A stretch of 64,000 nucleotides of DNA from a virus. Its lineage: Duplodnaviria; Caudoviricetes. The notes beneath the pieces were generated by a model that saw nothing but the letters and a program-made list of their open reading frames with translations, did not search any database and was not told the DNA's origin. The position numbers and the translations under genes were made by a program. Every line of letters begins with the position of its first letter. Position 1 is the stretch's first letter. The stretch spans positions 46,035 through 110,034 of the IMG/VR virus record IMGVR_UViG_3300021400_000262. One strand, written 5' to 3'. Shown here piece by piece: positions 1 to 13,000 of the stretch.

Positions 1-1
1 A

Positions 2-388
2 ATTGAAGATGAAGAAATTACTACGGAATTGAATATTCCTAGAGAGCCAGAATATGATATGTCTGAAGATCAAATTAGAGATTTGCTTTTAACTGGTTCT
101 TTAAATGCTTTTCTTGATGCATTAGATTTTGCTCCTCTTGGAGTTATTGATTTAATTAAGTCTTTAGCTGTATCATTACCTTTAACAGACTATAATAAGA
201 GACAGGCACTTAAAGAGAAAACTGGTTTTGATATTGATAAAGCTCTTATGCATATTGAAGAAGAAAAGGCTGAAGAAAATGTACCTGCGGCAGCGCCTCA
301 GCGAAGAGTTCAGCCCGTTAAAGAGAACGCAGAACCGGCTCGCCGCACCACTCCTAAATATAAAGTGACAAGTAAGACAGAAAATTAA
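2..388 (+). CDS. Phage protein, 5'-truncated by the window edge (upstream of the neck genes)
   Basis: Frame is open from position 2 and ends in TAA at 386-388, followed by an AAGGAG RBS for the next gene. No TAG in the visible part. Confidence 0.8.
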   Translation: MEDEEITTELNIPREPEYDMSEDQIRDLLLTGSLNAFLDALDFAPLGVIDLIKSLAVSLPLTDYNKRQALKEKTGFDIDKALMHIEEEKAEENVPAAAPQRRVQPVKENAEPARRTTPKYKVTSKTEN

Positions 389-399
389 AAGGAGTTATA

Positions 400-1062
400 A
401 TGGCTGAAACATATATTACAGACGAAGAACAAATTACTGCGACTGGAACTATGTTTGCGACTATATATAACCGTTTTCTTGGTAAAATTACTGATGATAT
501 GTATATGGAATTAACTCCAGAAGATACCATTAAAGATTTATAGAATCTCTTGGTTGATGCTATACCTGGCTTTGAATTTCCTCGGGTTAATTTATTTGAT
601 TACCAATTAAAGACCGAGATTATTAATGAAGCTGATGCGCAGCCTGGAGATTTTATTTTAGCTGTTCTTTGGGGTGAATTACCGGAAGATGGGGAATAGG
701 AATCTCCAAAAGTCCTTGTTGAGAGATCTGCTTTTTATGCAGAATTGACGACAGAAGAAGTCAATATCCTAGCATTATTAATGAAATAGGCTTGGATTGA
801 ACGTCAAGTAGCTTCTATTGAAAACATCAGAATGAAATATTCTGGTCCTGACTTTAAAATGACTTCACAAGCGAATCATTTATAGAAGTTACTATCTCTA
901 TTGTCTGAAGCACAGCGAGAGTCTTTCCATATGCAAAGATTGTATAAACGTAGAAAAATATCTAAGAAAGATGGCAGATATAAATCTAATTGGACAGTGT
1001 TAAGGTAGCATAGTACATTGCGGCCTCCTGTTACTTTTTATAGTGAGGAGGATAATTGGTAA
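400..1062 (+). CDS. Putative head-tail adaptor/connector protein (220 aa with TAG=Gln)
   Basis: AAGGAG RBS, ATG at 400, 5 in-frame TAGs, TAA at 1060-1062. Sequence ...ELTTEEVNILALLMKQAW...DFKMTSQANHLQKL... resembles neck proteins of large Firmicutes phages. Function is from recalled similarity and synteny. Confidence 0.65.
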
Positions 1063-1367
1063 TGTATTCAGATCGTTTTAATATTCATTTTCCAAAAGAA
1101 GTTATCTCACAAGATATCTAGCGTTTATCTAATTAGATATGGAAATGCATTCCAATGCGTGAAAATAATGAGGACTGGAAAAAACAATTAGATACAGTCG
1201 AGTTAGAAATTGTTGGATTAAATGAAATTTTTATGTCTCAACATTTTCTTCAATTATTAAGTAAATTAGAGGGATTGCGAATACAAGAAACGAGCTTTGA
1301 GTTTTATAGAAAAACTATCTTTGAAAGTTTAAGTCTATTATAGGAGCTAAATCTCAATGACGGATAA
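1062..1367 (+). CDS. Hypothetical neck-region protein (101 aa)
   Basis: TAATG overlap with the previous stop, GAGGAGG RBS, same frame as track ORF 1155-1343. Reads through 3 TAGs to TAA at 1365-1367. Confidence 0.75.
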
Positions 1368-2616
1368 TAAGTCAAAAAAGGATTATCGCAATACCTCTTT
1401 ATTTTTATTAGGAAAAAGACTAGGATTAAACTATAATTCTTTTGATAAAGAGTCTAAACAAGATGTTAGAAATGATAATCTTGGAGTTTTTGGCGCTAGA
1501 GTTGGATTGAATTATTAGTAGAATCTTAGTAATGCTGAAGATTCTGAATCAACAATAGATTCTATTGTTGATCCTAATGTAACTGGCGTTAATAACCAAA
1601 GAGCCATTTTAGGCTACAATGGGGGAACGTCATAGCAAGATCGCATGATATTTGATAAAAGGAGAACTTTAGATAGAGTTTTAAAATATTCTTATCAATC
1701 TACACCTATACGAAAAGTATAGTGTGATGATGATTTAGATAATACTTTGTATCCAAATATTCATGCTTTAGATGAGCATCCTTTTTGTTGGGCTTTAATA
1801 AATCCTGACAAAAATAAAATGAATTATGATGATAAAATAATATCTGTACATTATGAGGAAAATTATCATCCAGGAGATGTGTTTGAGTGGATAGGTACTA
1901 ATACTTATTGGTTAATTTATTTATAGGATCTTGACGAAAAAGCGTATTTCCGTGGAGAAATAAGAAGATGTTCTTATTAGATTACTTGGGAAGATGAAAA
2001 TGGCTAGCATACAAGTTATGCTGCGATAAGAGGTCCTGTAGAGACAAAAATTGATTATATTTAGAAACATTAGATTTCTGTTGATAATCCAAATCATAGT
2101 TTAAATATTTTAATGCCAAGAACCAAAGATACTGTTTCTTATTTTTAGAGATATAGTAAATTTTATTTACAAGATGAAACTGAAGGAGCGCCATTGATTT
2201 GTTGGCGTGTTGAAGCGGTTGATTGGATTTCTACTCCAGGCATATTGGAAATAAATGCTACAGAATATTATTCCAATAAAGATGAAGATGATTTAGAGAA
2301 TAAGATTGCGGGCGCGCTGATTGCGGCGCCGATTGATCCCAACCCTGAACCCGATGAGGACCAGCCGCAAATAACAGGAGATACTTTTATAAAACCAAAA
2401 GTTGTATATGAGTATCGTTATGAAGGGGCTGAAGGTGATTCTTACTCTTGGAAAATAGATGTTAAGAATAATAATACACCAGAATTAATCTCTATGAGAG
2501 TAAATCCAAATGATCCTTATCATATAAAGTTAATTTGGAATTCATCTTTTAGTGGATAGTTTATTTTATCCTATGGTCCAACGACTAAAACTATTGTTGT
2601 TGAATCGTTGTTTTAA
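1357..2616 (+). CDS. Putative head-closure/head-tail joining protein (419 aa)
   Basis: GGAG RBS, ATG at 1357, open with TAG=Gln to TAA at 2614-2616, includes track ORF 2194-2559. Motif GDVFEW..TNTYWLIY..AYFRGEIRRC is typical of head-closure proteins (inference). Confidence 0.65.
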
Positions 2617-2644
2617 TATAGATTGGTGATAAAGGAGATAAAAA

Positions 2645-3229
2645 ATGATTATTGATAAGACTTTAAAACCAAAGTCAGCTTTTCTCTCTGTAGAAAAGGA
2701 TATGGGAATTATCATTAATAAGCTTCTGCAAAGTGATAGATTAAAAAGATTATTATATTATACCACTCCAGATGCTATTGAAAAACAAAATCTAACTTCT
2801 GCTCAAGCAGCTGAGTTAATTAATAAGAATATAAAAAATGTACCTAAACTTTATGTTGATAATAGTGTACTAAATTATATAATTATTAATTTTGATAATT
2901 TTACTTCAAATAGAACAAATCCAGAATTTAGAGATAATATTATTGAATTTGATATTATTTGTCATTTTGATTAGTGGCAACTTAATGATTTTAAATTAAG
3001 ACCATATAGGATTGCCGCAGAAATTGACTCTCTTTTGGATGACACTCATTTAACAGGTATTGGTAAATTAGAATTTCTTGGTGCAAATCAAATTATTCTT
3101 ACTGATGAATATGCTGGTTTATGTTTAATGTATCAAGCTATTCATGGTGAAGAAGATAAGAAGTTTATGCCAAATCCTGCTGACGAAGAAAAGTTTATCG
3201 AAGATTATAAAAATAGTTTTGGAGGATAA
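2645..3229 (+). CDS. Putative tail terminator/neck protein (194 aa)
   Basis: Track ORFs 2645-2974 and 3035-3229 are in one frame, joined by a TAG (FDIICHFD-Q-WQLNDFKLRPYRIAAEID). AAGGAG RBS. Position is just upstream of the tail tube gene. Confidence 0.65.
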
Positions 3230-3233
3230 ATAA

Positions 3234-3959
3234 ATGGATATCCAACTAGCGTTAATGACTGGCATTGATATACCAATTCCATAGTGCTAGTTAGTTATTC
3301 ATTAGCCTCGAATAAGAGATATTTCTTTTATTGGAAATGAGGAATTTTTTAAAGGTGTATAGTGTCTTTCTTTAAATAAATCTATGTTTGCAAAGGACAA
3401 AACTGATTTAGACAAAGTAAGTAATTTTCAAATATTTATGACAATAATGAGCGAAAAGGAAACAGCTGATAAAAAAGAAGCTGTAAAGCAATTATTGCTA
3501 CTTACTTTTCCAGATTATAAGGTATCTTTTACACCTAGATCATTAATTTTTTTAGGCAAAGATAATCAATCAATATCTATTGATGAAACTAACTTTGATT
3601 TTTTGCAAGAGATGGTAAGAATTATATTTTGTTCAAAAAATGGGCCAATGGATTAGCAAACATTTAATCCAAGTGGAGAAAAAGCTAAAGAAATTGCTCA
3701 AAAATTAATGCGTGGTCGTGAAAGAGTTGCAGAATAGAAAGGTTCTGCAATATCAGACGTATTTGGATAGTATATGTCTGTTTTATCTGTGGGTTTGCAT
3801 ATACCTTTAACAGTATTTAATGATTATACAATGTATTAGTTATATGATGAAATGGACAGATTTGCTTTATACGTTAATTGGGATATAGATATTCGATCCA
3901 GATTGGCTGGCGGCAAGCCCGATTCCGAGCCAGAGAATTGGATGAAAAATATCCATTAA
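3234..3959 (+). CDS. Conserved phage tail-region protein (241 aa)
   Basis: GGAGG RBS, ATG at 3234, several in-frame TAGs, TAA at 3957-3959. Includes track ORF 3384-3656. Confidence 0.75.
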
Positions 3960-3982
3960 AATATCAAGGAGGAATATACACT

Positions 3983-4996
3983 ATGAAATTTGGTGTTCGC
4001 GAGATTTGTGATGTTGTTTTAAAAGCAAAAGCAACTCAGAAAGTCGGTAAAAAGATTTTTTACAAAAATGAACCAGTCATTTATTTTGATACACTAAAGA
4101 CTTCTAGTTTAGAGGGTGCCGCCACTCAAGTATATGCTACTGGTGGACGCGGTAATGCTCGTCTTATTTCTTGGGAAGGTGAACGTACAGTAACCTTCAC
4201 AATGGAAGATGCATTAATCTCTCCAGAAGGATTTATGATTCTATCTGGTGCTGGACTTATTGAAGCTTCTGCAAACAATACTATTAAGCAACATCTTACT
4301 GAAAGAGTTGACCAGTCTAAGGTTATTGTTGATAACGAGGCTGCTCCAACAAAGTTTACTATTAGAGTAAGTGAAAAGCCTTATCTTCCAGATGGAAAAG
4401 GTGATAACTTTGCTTATGTAATGTTTGTTAAAAATGATGAAATTGTTTCTGAGCCTTATATTCCTGTTCATTATGAGTCTCAGGATGAAATTCTTCGTAA
4501 GACTGATGAAGATGGTGCTAGCTATTATGAGATTGTAATTGAGCCTCATGATGACTATTATACTCAAGCAGTTGATGAGCAAGAAGCTGGATATATTTTA
4601 GCTAATGTTTATGGTAAGTATGATTATGATAGTGTAATTGTTGACTATTATACTGAAAGAGCTGCGGCTGCTCAACAGATTGAAATTACTGCTGATAAAT
4701 TTGGTGGTAACTATTATCTTGAAGCTTCTACTTTATTCCGTGATCAAAACGGCGTAGATATGCCTGCAGAGTTTATTATTCCTAACTGCAAGATTCAGTC
4801 TAATTTCACATTTACTATGGCTTCTACTGGTGATCCAAGTACATTCACATTTACTATGGATGCATTCCCAGATTATACAAGATTTGACCATAGTAAGAAA
4901 GTTCTTGCTGCAATTCAAATTATTGAAGAGGGTGGAAGTATGGATCTTCACAGACTCCAGACCGCACACACTCCAGAGCATGAACTTACATTCTGA
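3983..4996 (+). CDS. Major tail (tube) protein (337 aa)
   Basis: AAGGAGG RBS before ATG 3983 (MKFGVREICDVV...). Motifs GGRGNARLISWEGER and FTFTMASTGDPSTFTFTMD. No TAG codons, followed by a terminator, located between the neck genes and the tape measure. Confidence 0.75.
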   Translation: MKFGVREICDVVLKAKATQKVGKKIFYKNEPVIYFDTLKTSSLEGAATQVYATGGRGNARLISWEGERTVTFTMEDALISPEGFMILSGAGLIEASANNTIKQHLTERVDQSKVIVDNEAAPTKFTIRVSEKPYLPDGKGDNFAYVMFVKNDEIVSEPYIPVHYESQDEILRKTDEDGASYYEIVIEPHDDYYTQAVDEQEAGYILANVYGKYDYDSVIVDYYTERAAAAQQIEITADKFGGNYYLEASTLFRDQNGVDMPAEFIIPNCKIQSNFTFTMASTGDPSTFTFTMDAFPDYTRFDHSKKVLAAIQIIEEGGSMDLHRLQTAHTPEHELTF

Positions 4997-5019
4997 TTTA
5001 AAACAATGTAATTTTAAAG

Positions 5020-5052
5020 GGGGAAGACAATTAATTGTCTTCCCCTTATTTT
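5020..5052 (+). terminator. Rho-independent terminator after the major tail gene
   Basis: Perfect 26-bp palindrome GGGGAAGACAATTAATTGTCTTCCCC (5020-5045) followed by TTATTTT. Confidence 0.8.
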
Positions 5053-5071
5053 GCGTTAAAGGAGAAAATAT

Positions 5072-6367
5072 ATGACACCAGGAAGTGTTTTTAAAAGAAA
5101 TATTTTAGATCCATATCCAAAAACAAAACCATTCTGGGAACCATATGCTGAATTAAATAAGGTTACAATTCCAGATTTAGCTGCAATAAAAAAATATTAG
5201 TTATCAAAAATTGAAATGTTTGAATAGGCTTCATTAGAAGGTTTAAAGAAAAAATCTGATCGAATTAATAAATTATTTTTATCTGGAGATATTAATAGTT
5301 TAAAAAATGAAAAAGGGCAGTTAAATGATAAAACAATAGATAAAGTCATTAATGATATTGTGGGTCGTTTTAATAGTATGCGTTTTGTTGGATATGATAA
5401 AGAAAAACATGAATATAATTATTAGTATATGTCAGATTTTGCAAAATAGTTGATAGAACATATTAATAATATTAATAGTGTTTTAAGTTCTGATAATATG
5501 ATTCCATCTTCTTATATAGATAAATTAAATTCTTTAATAGACAGTTGTAAAATGGGATCTTTAGGTGTTCCTGCAATTAGAGAATGGATGTCGCAATTAT
5601 CTAATTTTTAGGGAGCTTTAATTGAAGATTTAGCTGTATAGTGGTTAAGAGAAAGTGATATTCCAGAAGATGTTACTGTATTAAATACTGGTTCTGTTAG
5701 ATTGTCTGGAACTAATAGAAAAAATAGACATAATGGTTAGTTAATTCAAGATTTAATGATGTTATAGATTGATTCAGATGATTTATATGATATAGAAGTG
5801 AGATATAAACCTGCCGGTGGAGAAAAATATATTACTTCAACATTAGGATAGTTATTAAAAGATATTGAAAAAGCAAATGGAACTTCTAAATAGATTGCCA
5901 TTGATGATGATACTTATGATGTAATTTAGAGTTTGTCTGTTATGAATATTTAGGCAAAATCTGGTAAAAAATAGTTACCATGGAATAAAAATGCTAGTAC
6001 TAGTGTTTCTATTGCGGAATTTCAAGATGATGATTTGGTTCTATCAGCACGAAGAACTTTTGAATTATTACACTCTTTAGATCAAGAAGGAGGACCCGAT
6101 TCCGATAATACTTGGATTCTTTCTACACATAGAAATTATAATTTATTAGCTGATTATGGTTTAGCAACTGTATTAATAAAAGTTTTACATTTAGATGGAG
6201 CAGAAGGTAACTAGTTTTTAATTACTCCAAGTGGTTTTACTTTATATAGTACACGTTTAAGATATATGATGTAGCAATATAAAAGTTATATTCGTATTAT
6301 TGATGATATTAATATTAAAAATAGTTTGTCTAATAAATATATTATAGGTATGCAAGGACTTAAATAA
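5072..6367 (+). CDS. Hypothetical protein (431 aa), invisible in the standard code
   Basis: AAGGAG RBS, ATG at 5072, many in-frame TAGs, TAA at 6365-6367. Fills a 1.3-kb gap in the track. Confidence 0.8.
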
Positions 6368-6368
6368 T

Positions 6369-6403
6369 TTGACTTTTTTAAAAATTTTTATTATATATAT
6401 AAT
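6369..6403 (+). promoter_or_regulatory. Candidate sigma-A-type promoter
   Basis: TTGACT at 6369, followed 17 nt later by a TATATATATAAT tract, upstream of gene 6435. The -10 register is imperfect. Confidence 0.45.
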
Positions 6404-6434
6404 ATATATAAGTTGAGCAAAAGGAGTTTTTAAT

Positions 6435-6959
6435 ATGGCTAAAGTGACTTTTACAAAACTTGCTCTTAAAAAGAAAGAGGAAGTTAGAAATATTAAAATT
6501 AATGGTAATGATATTGAAGTAAAACAATATCTTCCAGTAAATGATAAATTAAATTTAATTGCGCGAGTTATTAGTGGAGCACATGATGAAAATAATTTTC
6601 CTAATCCAATAAAAATTGAAGTAATTGGTTCTATAGAAATTATTATGGCATATACTAATATTACTTTTACTGATAAGCAAAAAGAAGATATTGCTAAATT
6701 ATATGATATTTTAGATAGTAATGAAGTAATTGATCAGGTTATTGCGGCGATTCCAGAAGATGAGTATAATTTTTTAATTGAAGGAATTGATGAGACTGTT
6801 AATGCTGTTTATGCTTATTAGAATTCAGCTCTTGGTATTCTTGATACAATATCTCAAGATTATAGCAATTTAAATCTTGATGCTACTGAAATTCAAAAGA
6901 AACTTGCTGATAAAGATAACCTTTCTCTTGTCCGAGATGTATTAACCAAATTAGGATAA
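6435..6959 (+). CDS. Putative tail assembly chaperone (174 aa)
   Basis: AAGGAG RBS. Track ORF 6435-6821 extends through one TAG to TAA at 6957-6959. Immediately precedes the tape measure, so function is by synteny. Confidence 0.6.
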
Positions 6960-6995
6960 TTTTATTTAAAGTTTATTTAAATAAAATAGGAGTTA

Positions 6996-7034
6996 AGCGG
7001 AGTAGAGTTTTTAACTCTACTCCGCTATTTTTTT
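6996..7034 (+). terminator. Rho-independent terminator before the tape measure gene
   Basis: 14-bp stem AGCGGAGTAGAGTT / AACTCTACTCCGCT followed by a T-tract. Confidence 0.8.
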
Positions 7035-7087
7035 ATTTGCGCAAATAAAAAAACGATAATATGGAGAGAAAGGAGAGCAAATAAAGA

Positions 7088-10000
7088 ATGGCTAAACAAC
7101 TTAATATTGATCTTAGTTTTAATGCGGATACTTCTAAAGCTAAAGCTTAGATAGCAGATTTGCAAAAAAGCTTAGATCAATTAATATCATCAACTATTAA
7201 AAATAATAATTAGCTTGGCATTGATAAAGAAATTAAACAAGCTATTGATGATGCAACCAAATTAAAAGTTGCTCTTCAAGCAGCTACTGATGCTGATACA
7301 GGAAAATTAAATTTAGCTAAATTTTCTGAAAGTTTAAAAAATAGTTAGATGTCTCTTTAGGCATATGCATAGCACTTAAAGGCTCTTGGACCAGAAGGAG
7401 AATAGAGCTTTTTAAAATTATCTAAAGCTATTGTTTCTGCTGAGACGCCTATGAGATAGACAAACACATTATTAAATAATATGTTTGTTACTTTAAAAAA
7501 TACTGCTAAATGGCAAATTTCTTCTAGTATTTTACATGGATTATAGGCAGGATTATCAGGGGCTTTTTCTTATGCTAAAGAATTAGATACCTCTTTAAAT
7601 AATATTAGAATTGTTACGGGATATGGTGTAGATGAAATGGCAAGATTTGCTGAATAGGCAAATAAAGCGGCTTAGGCATTAAGTACAACTACAACATCAT
7701 ATACCGATGCTGCATTAATTTATTATCAATAGGGTTTAAGTGATGAAGAAGTGCTTGGCAGAACAGAAACAACTATTAAATTAGCAAATGTTTCTCGTCA
7801 AAGTGCTGAAGAAGTTTCAGATCAATTAACTTCTATTTGGAATAACTTTTATGATGGAAGTAAAAGTCTAGAATATTATGCAGATGTAATTACTGCATTA
7901 GGTGCGGCGACCGCATCAAGTTCAGAAGAAATTTCTACTGGTCTTGAAAAATTTGCAGCTGTATCTAAAACTGTTGGTTTATCATATGAGTATGCAACTG
8001 CGGCCTTGGCTACAATTACAGCAACGACTCGTCAAAGTGCTGATACTGTTGGTACAGGTTTAAGAACATTATTCACTCGTTTAGAAGGTTTAAAACTTGG
8101 TGAAACACTTGAAGATGGCGTTGATTTAAATAAATATTCTGCGGCATTATCAGCTGTAGGAGTATAGATTTTGGATACATCTGGTGAATTGCGTAATATG
8201 GATGATATCCTTGAAGATCTTGGCGAAAAATGGCAACAATTAGGTCGAGATCAAAAAATGGCATTGGCATAGACTGTTGGTGGTGTACGTCAATATACCA
8301 ATTTAATTGCATTAATGGATAATTGGGACTTTATGCAAGAAAACTTAATTACTGCAAGAGGTTCTGAAGGTACATTACAACAATAGGCTGATATTTATGC
8401 TCAATCATGGGAAGCTGCTTAGAAGCGAGTGCGCGCAGCAGCACAATAGGTTTATAAAGATTTAATTGATGAAAAATTTTTTATTAGATTAAGTGATTTT
8501 TTAACTGGTGCTATAAATGGAGTTGATAATTTTATAAATGCCATTGGTGGTATTCCTGGGGCAATAGCTGGGGTTGGAGTTGTTTTAACGACAGTTTTTG
8601 GAAAGCAATTATCAGAGTCTGTTAATTCTGCAATGTATGAATTTTCTAGATTTACTGGTAAAGCAGAAGATGTTGCTAATAAGACTCGTTTATAGGCAAT
8701 GGATGCTGTAAATAGTTATTATGATACAACTGGAGCTTCTGGTGGAACGAATGATTCAGTAGCAAGTGCTTTATTAAGACAAGAAATAAATGATAATTAT
8801 GAATTATAGAAAATTACTTCTTAGCTGACAGAAGAACAAAGGGCTTTTGCATAGGCAATATTAGATTCAGCCGAAGCTTATGATAAATTAGCTATAGAGG
8901 CTGAAAAGACTTAGAAAGAAGCATCAAATGATTTAGGCGTTGCAAGAGGACAGTTGAGAGGTTCTTTAGGTGCTTCTGTTTCTGTATCTGGAGAAAGTGC
9001 AGCTTAGATTTCTAAAAATGGTTAGGTAATGTTAACTGATTTAGAAGAGACTTTAGCAGACTAGTTTAATGAAATGACTAATGGAGCTTATAAATTTTAT
9101 ACTAGTAGTTTAAAAGAAGCTGATGATGCTGCTAAAGAATTAGTTGTTGCTAAAAATGAATTAATAAATATTACTAATAAAGAGAATGTTTCTGAAGAAG
9201 AAATTAAATAGAAAAGAGAAGAAGTTGCTTAGAAAACACAAATTTTAACAGATAAAACAAAAGTTCTATAGTAGGCTAAAGATGGTTTGAAAGAAAGCGA
9301 ATTAACATTATCTGGTTCTTCACAAGAGTTAATTGCTTATTTAAAAGATTAGGGATTAATGACAGATGAAAATAAAGATAAAGTTTTAGCTTTTATTAAA
9401 GCCTTAGAAGGTTCAGAATCATCAACAGAAGAATTTATTCGTAAAACAAAAGTTGCATTTGAAAATTAGAATAGCATTCCTGATGAATTAGAAAAAATAA
9501 GAACAGGATTTCAAAATATTGGAACGGGAGCTGTAGGAAGTTTAAAAAGTATTTCTCAATTAGCTATGGGATTTACTTCTCTCAAAGGGGCAATGGATGC
9601 TCTTAATAATACAGATTTAACATTTTTTGAGAAATTTTCTAGAGTTTCAATGGGATTATCTATTGGAATTTCGTAGCTTGCAGCTGGATTTCCAACTTTA
9701 GTAAAAGGTTTGACAGGAATCGGCATTGGAATTATGAAATTAATTCCTGCCGCAAATGGAGCTGGCGCAGCATTATCAGCAGCTTTCGGTACTGCAGTAG
9801 GACCTATTGCAATTGCAGCTGAAGCAATAATCGCTGTTGGTCTTGCTATATGGGGGTTAAAAGCTGCTTGGGAAAACTTTACTCCAGAAGGCAAATTAGC
9901 TGTTGCTGAAAAAGAAGCTAAAAATGCTAAAGATGCTTATGATAAAGCAAAAGCTGCTCTTGATAGTTTTAAATCTGGATATGATAATTGGTCTTCTTTA

Positions 10001-13000
10001 TATGAAAAAACTTAGAAATTAAAAAAAGGAACAGATGAATATACAAATTCTATTTTAGAAGCAAATAAGGCTGCGCAAGATTTAATTGATAAATATGATT
10101 TAATAGCTGGTACAGATTATGAACTTGATGAAAATGGAGTAATACGTTTTAAATCTTCAGCTGAAAATAAATAGAGAAAAGAAACTAATGAAACTTTTAT
10201 TGAAAAAGCTAATAAAGATATTAATGAAAGAAATGAAAAAATTCATTTTAGAAGTGGTGAAATTGCTCAAAACTATGCTACTAGAACAGATTATGCTATT
10301 TATAATGGAAATGATATCGAAAATTTTGCTAGATAGTTGTCTTCTGGTTCTTTGACTGAAAGAGATATTTTATCATAGATAGCAACTTATGGTTTGGATA
10401 GAGAATCTTCTAATAATTTAATTAGTTCAATAAGAGATCTTGCTATAGAAATTTCTAATACAGAAAAAGCAAATAAAATTGATTTTTAGCAAGCTAGAAT
10501 TGCTGATGCTAGAATTTCACTAGGAGAAAATTATTCTGCTGGAATGGAACCTTTATTAAATAAATTTTTAAAGGATTCTCCTCGTGGAGGCCGTGGTGGA
10601 AGTATAGATGGCGAAGAAATATACGGTGATGCTCATCATATTGCAAAAATATATAATGATACATTAAATTCTATTAATTCAAATGATATTGATGATTCTA
10701 CTAAAAAACAATTAGCATATGCTTTAGCTGAAGCTTAGTTAAGTGGAAGTGAAAGAGTAGATCTTTCTGGAATTGATACTTCTAATTGGACAGAGACTTT
10801 TATAAAAAAGACCTTTGGAGAAAATGCTGAAAAAATTCAAGCTGCTGTTGATAGAAAAGCTAAAGAAATTGATACTTCAGTTTTTGAAAATAAAATTGCG
10901 GATGTCCATAAAATTTTAAATAAATTAAAAGATGACGCTGTTCTAGAACCTAAAGATTTCGAAGCTTTAAATTAGGCAAGTGATCTTACATCAGATTATT
11001 TTATAGAAATGGCTGATGGGACTCATAAATTAATTGGCGATGCTAAAGAGTTTTATAATCTCGTTCATGGAGAACAAGTAGATAATATAAAAAAAGAAAT
11101 TTCTCGATTAAGTGAAGAATCAAAAGAAATAAAAGATAGAAGAAATCTTTTAGTTGATGAAGAAACTGGAGAAACTAGATATTTAGGTAGTGAAAAAGGA
11201 GAAAATCTTTTATTTAGTAATGCTTGGGGTAGTGCTAATGCGTATAGTTTAGAGACATATAATCCGACTGTATTAGAGGATTAGTTAAATTTATTAAAAT
11301 CTTTTGATGATTTTGACTAGAGTAAAATTACCGAATGGGAAAAAGATGGTCTTTACAATAGAGATGAAATGCAAGCAGTCGCAGATGCTTTAAGTTAGTA
11401 TCGAGAACAAATTGTCTCTAGTAACGAAAAGACAAAAGAAATTGATTAGTCTATAGAAAAATTAAGTAATACAGCATTATTTGAATCAAAAACTTTTAAT
11501 GAATTAGATAATAATTTAGCTGATCTTGCATAGAGAACTTCTGGTAATATAGAATTAACAAAAGGTTATTAGGTTGCTTTTGATAATATTATAAAAACAG
11601 AATTATCTTCTATTGGAGTTTCAGAAGATGTTTTTGATTAGCATGTTAAAACCATAAAAAGAAATGCTGATGCAATAAAAGATGATGAAAATGCTGTTAA
11701 AAGATTGGCTTTGGCTAATTTAAGAGTCTAGTAGGGAATTAAATCTTTAGGATAGAATATTAATACTTATACAGAAAATTTAGTAGATAGTAAAAAAGAT
11801 ACTTTAGAATATGCTGAATCTATGAATGGTGTAAAAGATACAATGTCATAGATTCTTGGTATTTCTAAAGAAGACATATCTAATGATTTTATTTTAAAGA
11901 ATTTAGAAGATATAAAACTTGCAGCAGAAGATGATGAAGAAGCATTAGAACGATTAAGAGAAAAAGCAAATAGAGAAGTTGTTGCTAAAATTAAAATAGA
12001 AGATGAAGATTTAAAATCTTAGCTTGATTTAATTTTAAATGATTTAGAAGCAGAAGATTTACGAGATATTGAACTTGGAATGTCAATTAATGAAAATGAA
12101 GTTTTAACAAATTATGTAAATCTATTAAATAGAATGTCTGAAGAAGCTGCTGGTGCAGGAGAAGATATTTCTAGTGCATTACAAGATGCAATGGATAGCA
12201 TTAACTTTGATCCAGAAATTGATTATGATACCATTTCGGTTGGAGATGAAGATTTAACTGAATCTGCAACAGATGGATATGTAGAAATTCCAAGTATACA
12301 TACTTCAGCAGATGGAACAATAGAATCTACAACAACAAGAATACCTCTTTCAACTTATTAGCAAGCTCAGGCAAATGGATTAACAGAAATAAGAGTTCCA
12401 AGAATTAATGGAAAGAAAACAGTATCTAAAGGCGGAGTAAATTCTAATGCTAGCACAAGCAATAAAAGTGGTAAAGGTGGCGGCGGAGGCGGAAGTGCGC
12501 CAAAACCAGCTAAAAAGCAAAAAACTACTGATCCTAATACTGGTATAAAAGATATTGATCGCTATATCAAAATAAATTAGCAATTAGATGAAAAAGAACA
12601 TGAAAATACTATGGCTGACGCTAGATTAAAAGCTACTAGCGGAAGAAGTGCCATTAAAATAATGGAAGAATAGCTCGGTATTTTAAAACAGCAAAAAGTT
12701 TTATATGATGAATTAGCAAAAGAAGCTAAACAATATCGAGAAGATGATTTAAAAAAATTACAAAGTGATTTCGCTGATTTAAATTTTGAAATAGATCCAA
12801 ATCAAGAAGGTATGCTTTTAAACTATGAAGCTTTATTAAAAGCTGAAACTGAGGCTTATAATAAAGTTTAGGAAGAGTGGAATAAAAAAATTATTGAAGC
12901 TGAAAAAGCATACAATGATGAATTTGTCCGATTAGGTACGGCTGCTACAGAGGAAGCTTTAAAACCTTGGAAAGATGCTTTAGATAAAGTTAAAGAAGAA

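Noticed and set aside
3878-3982. N-terminal extension of the major tail ORF given in the track
   Set aside because: It overlaps the end of gene 3234-3959, and the AAGGAGG RBS points to ATG 3983. Similar start corrections apply at 15855, 50235 and 55420.
6435-7087. Programmed frameshift in the tail chaperone (lambda G/GT-like)
   Set aside because: There is no second ORF between the chaperone stop and the TMP; the gap is filled by hairpins.
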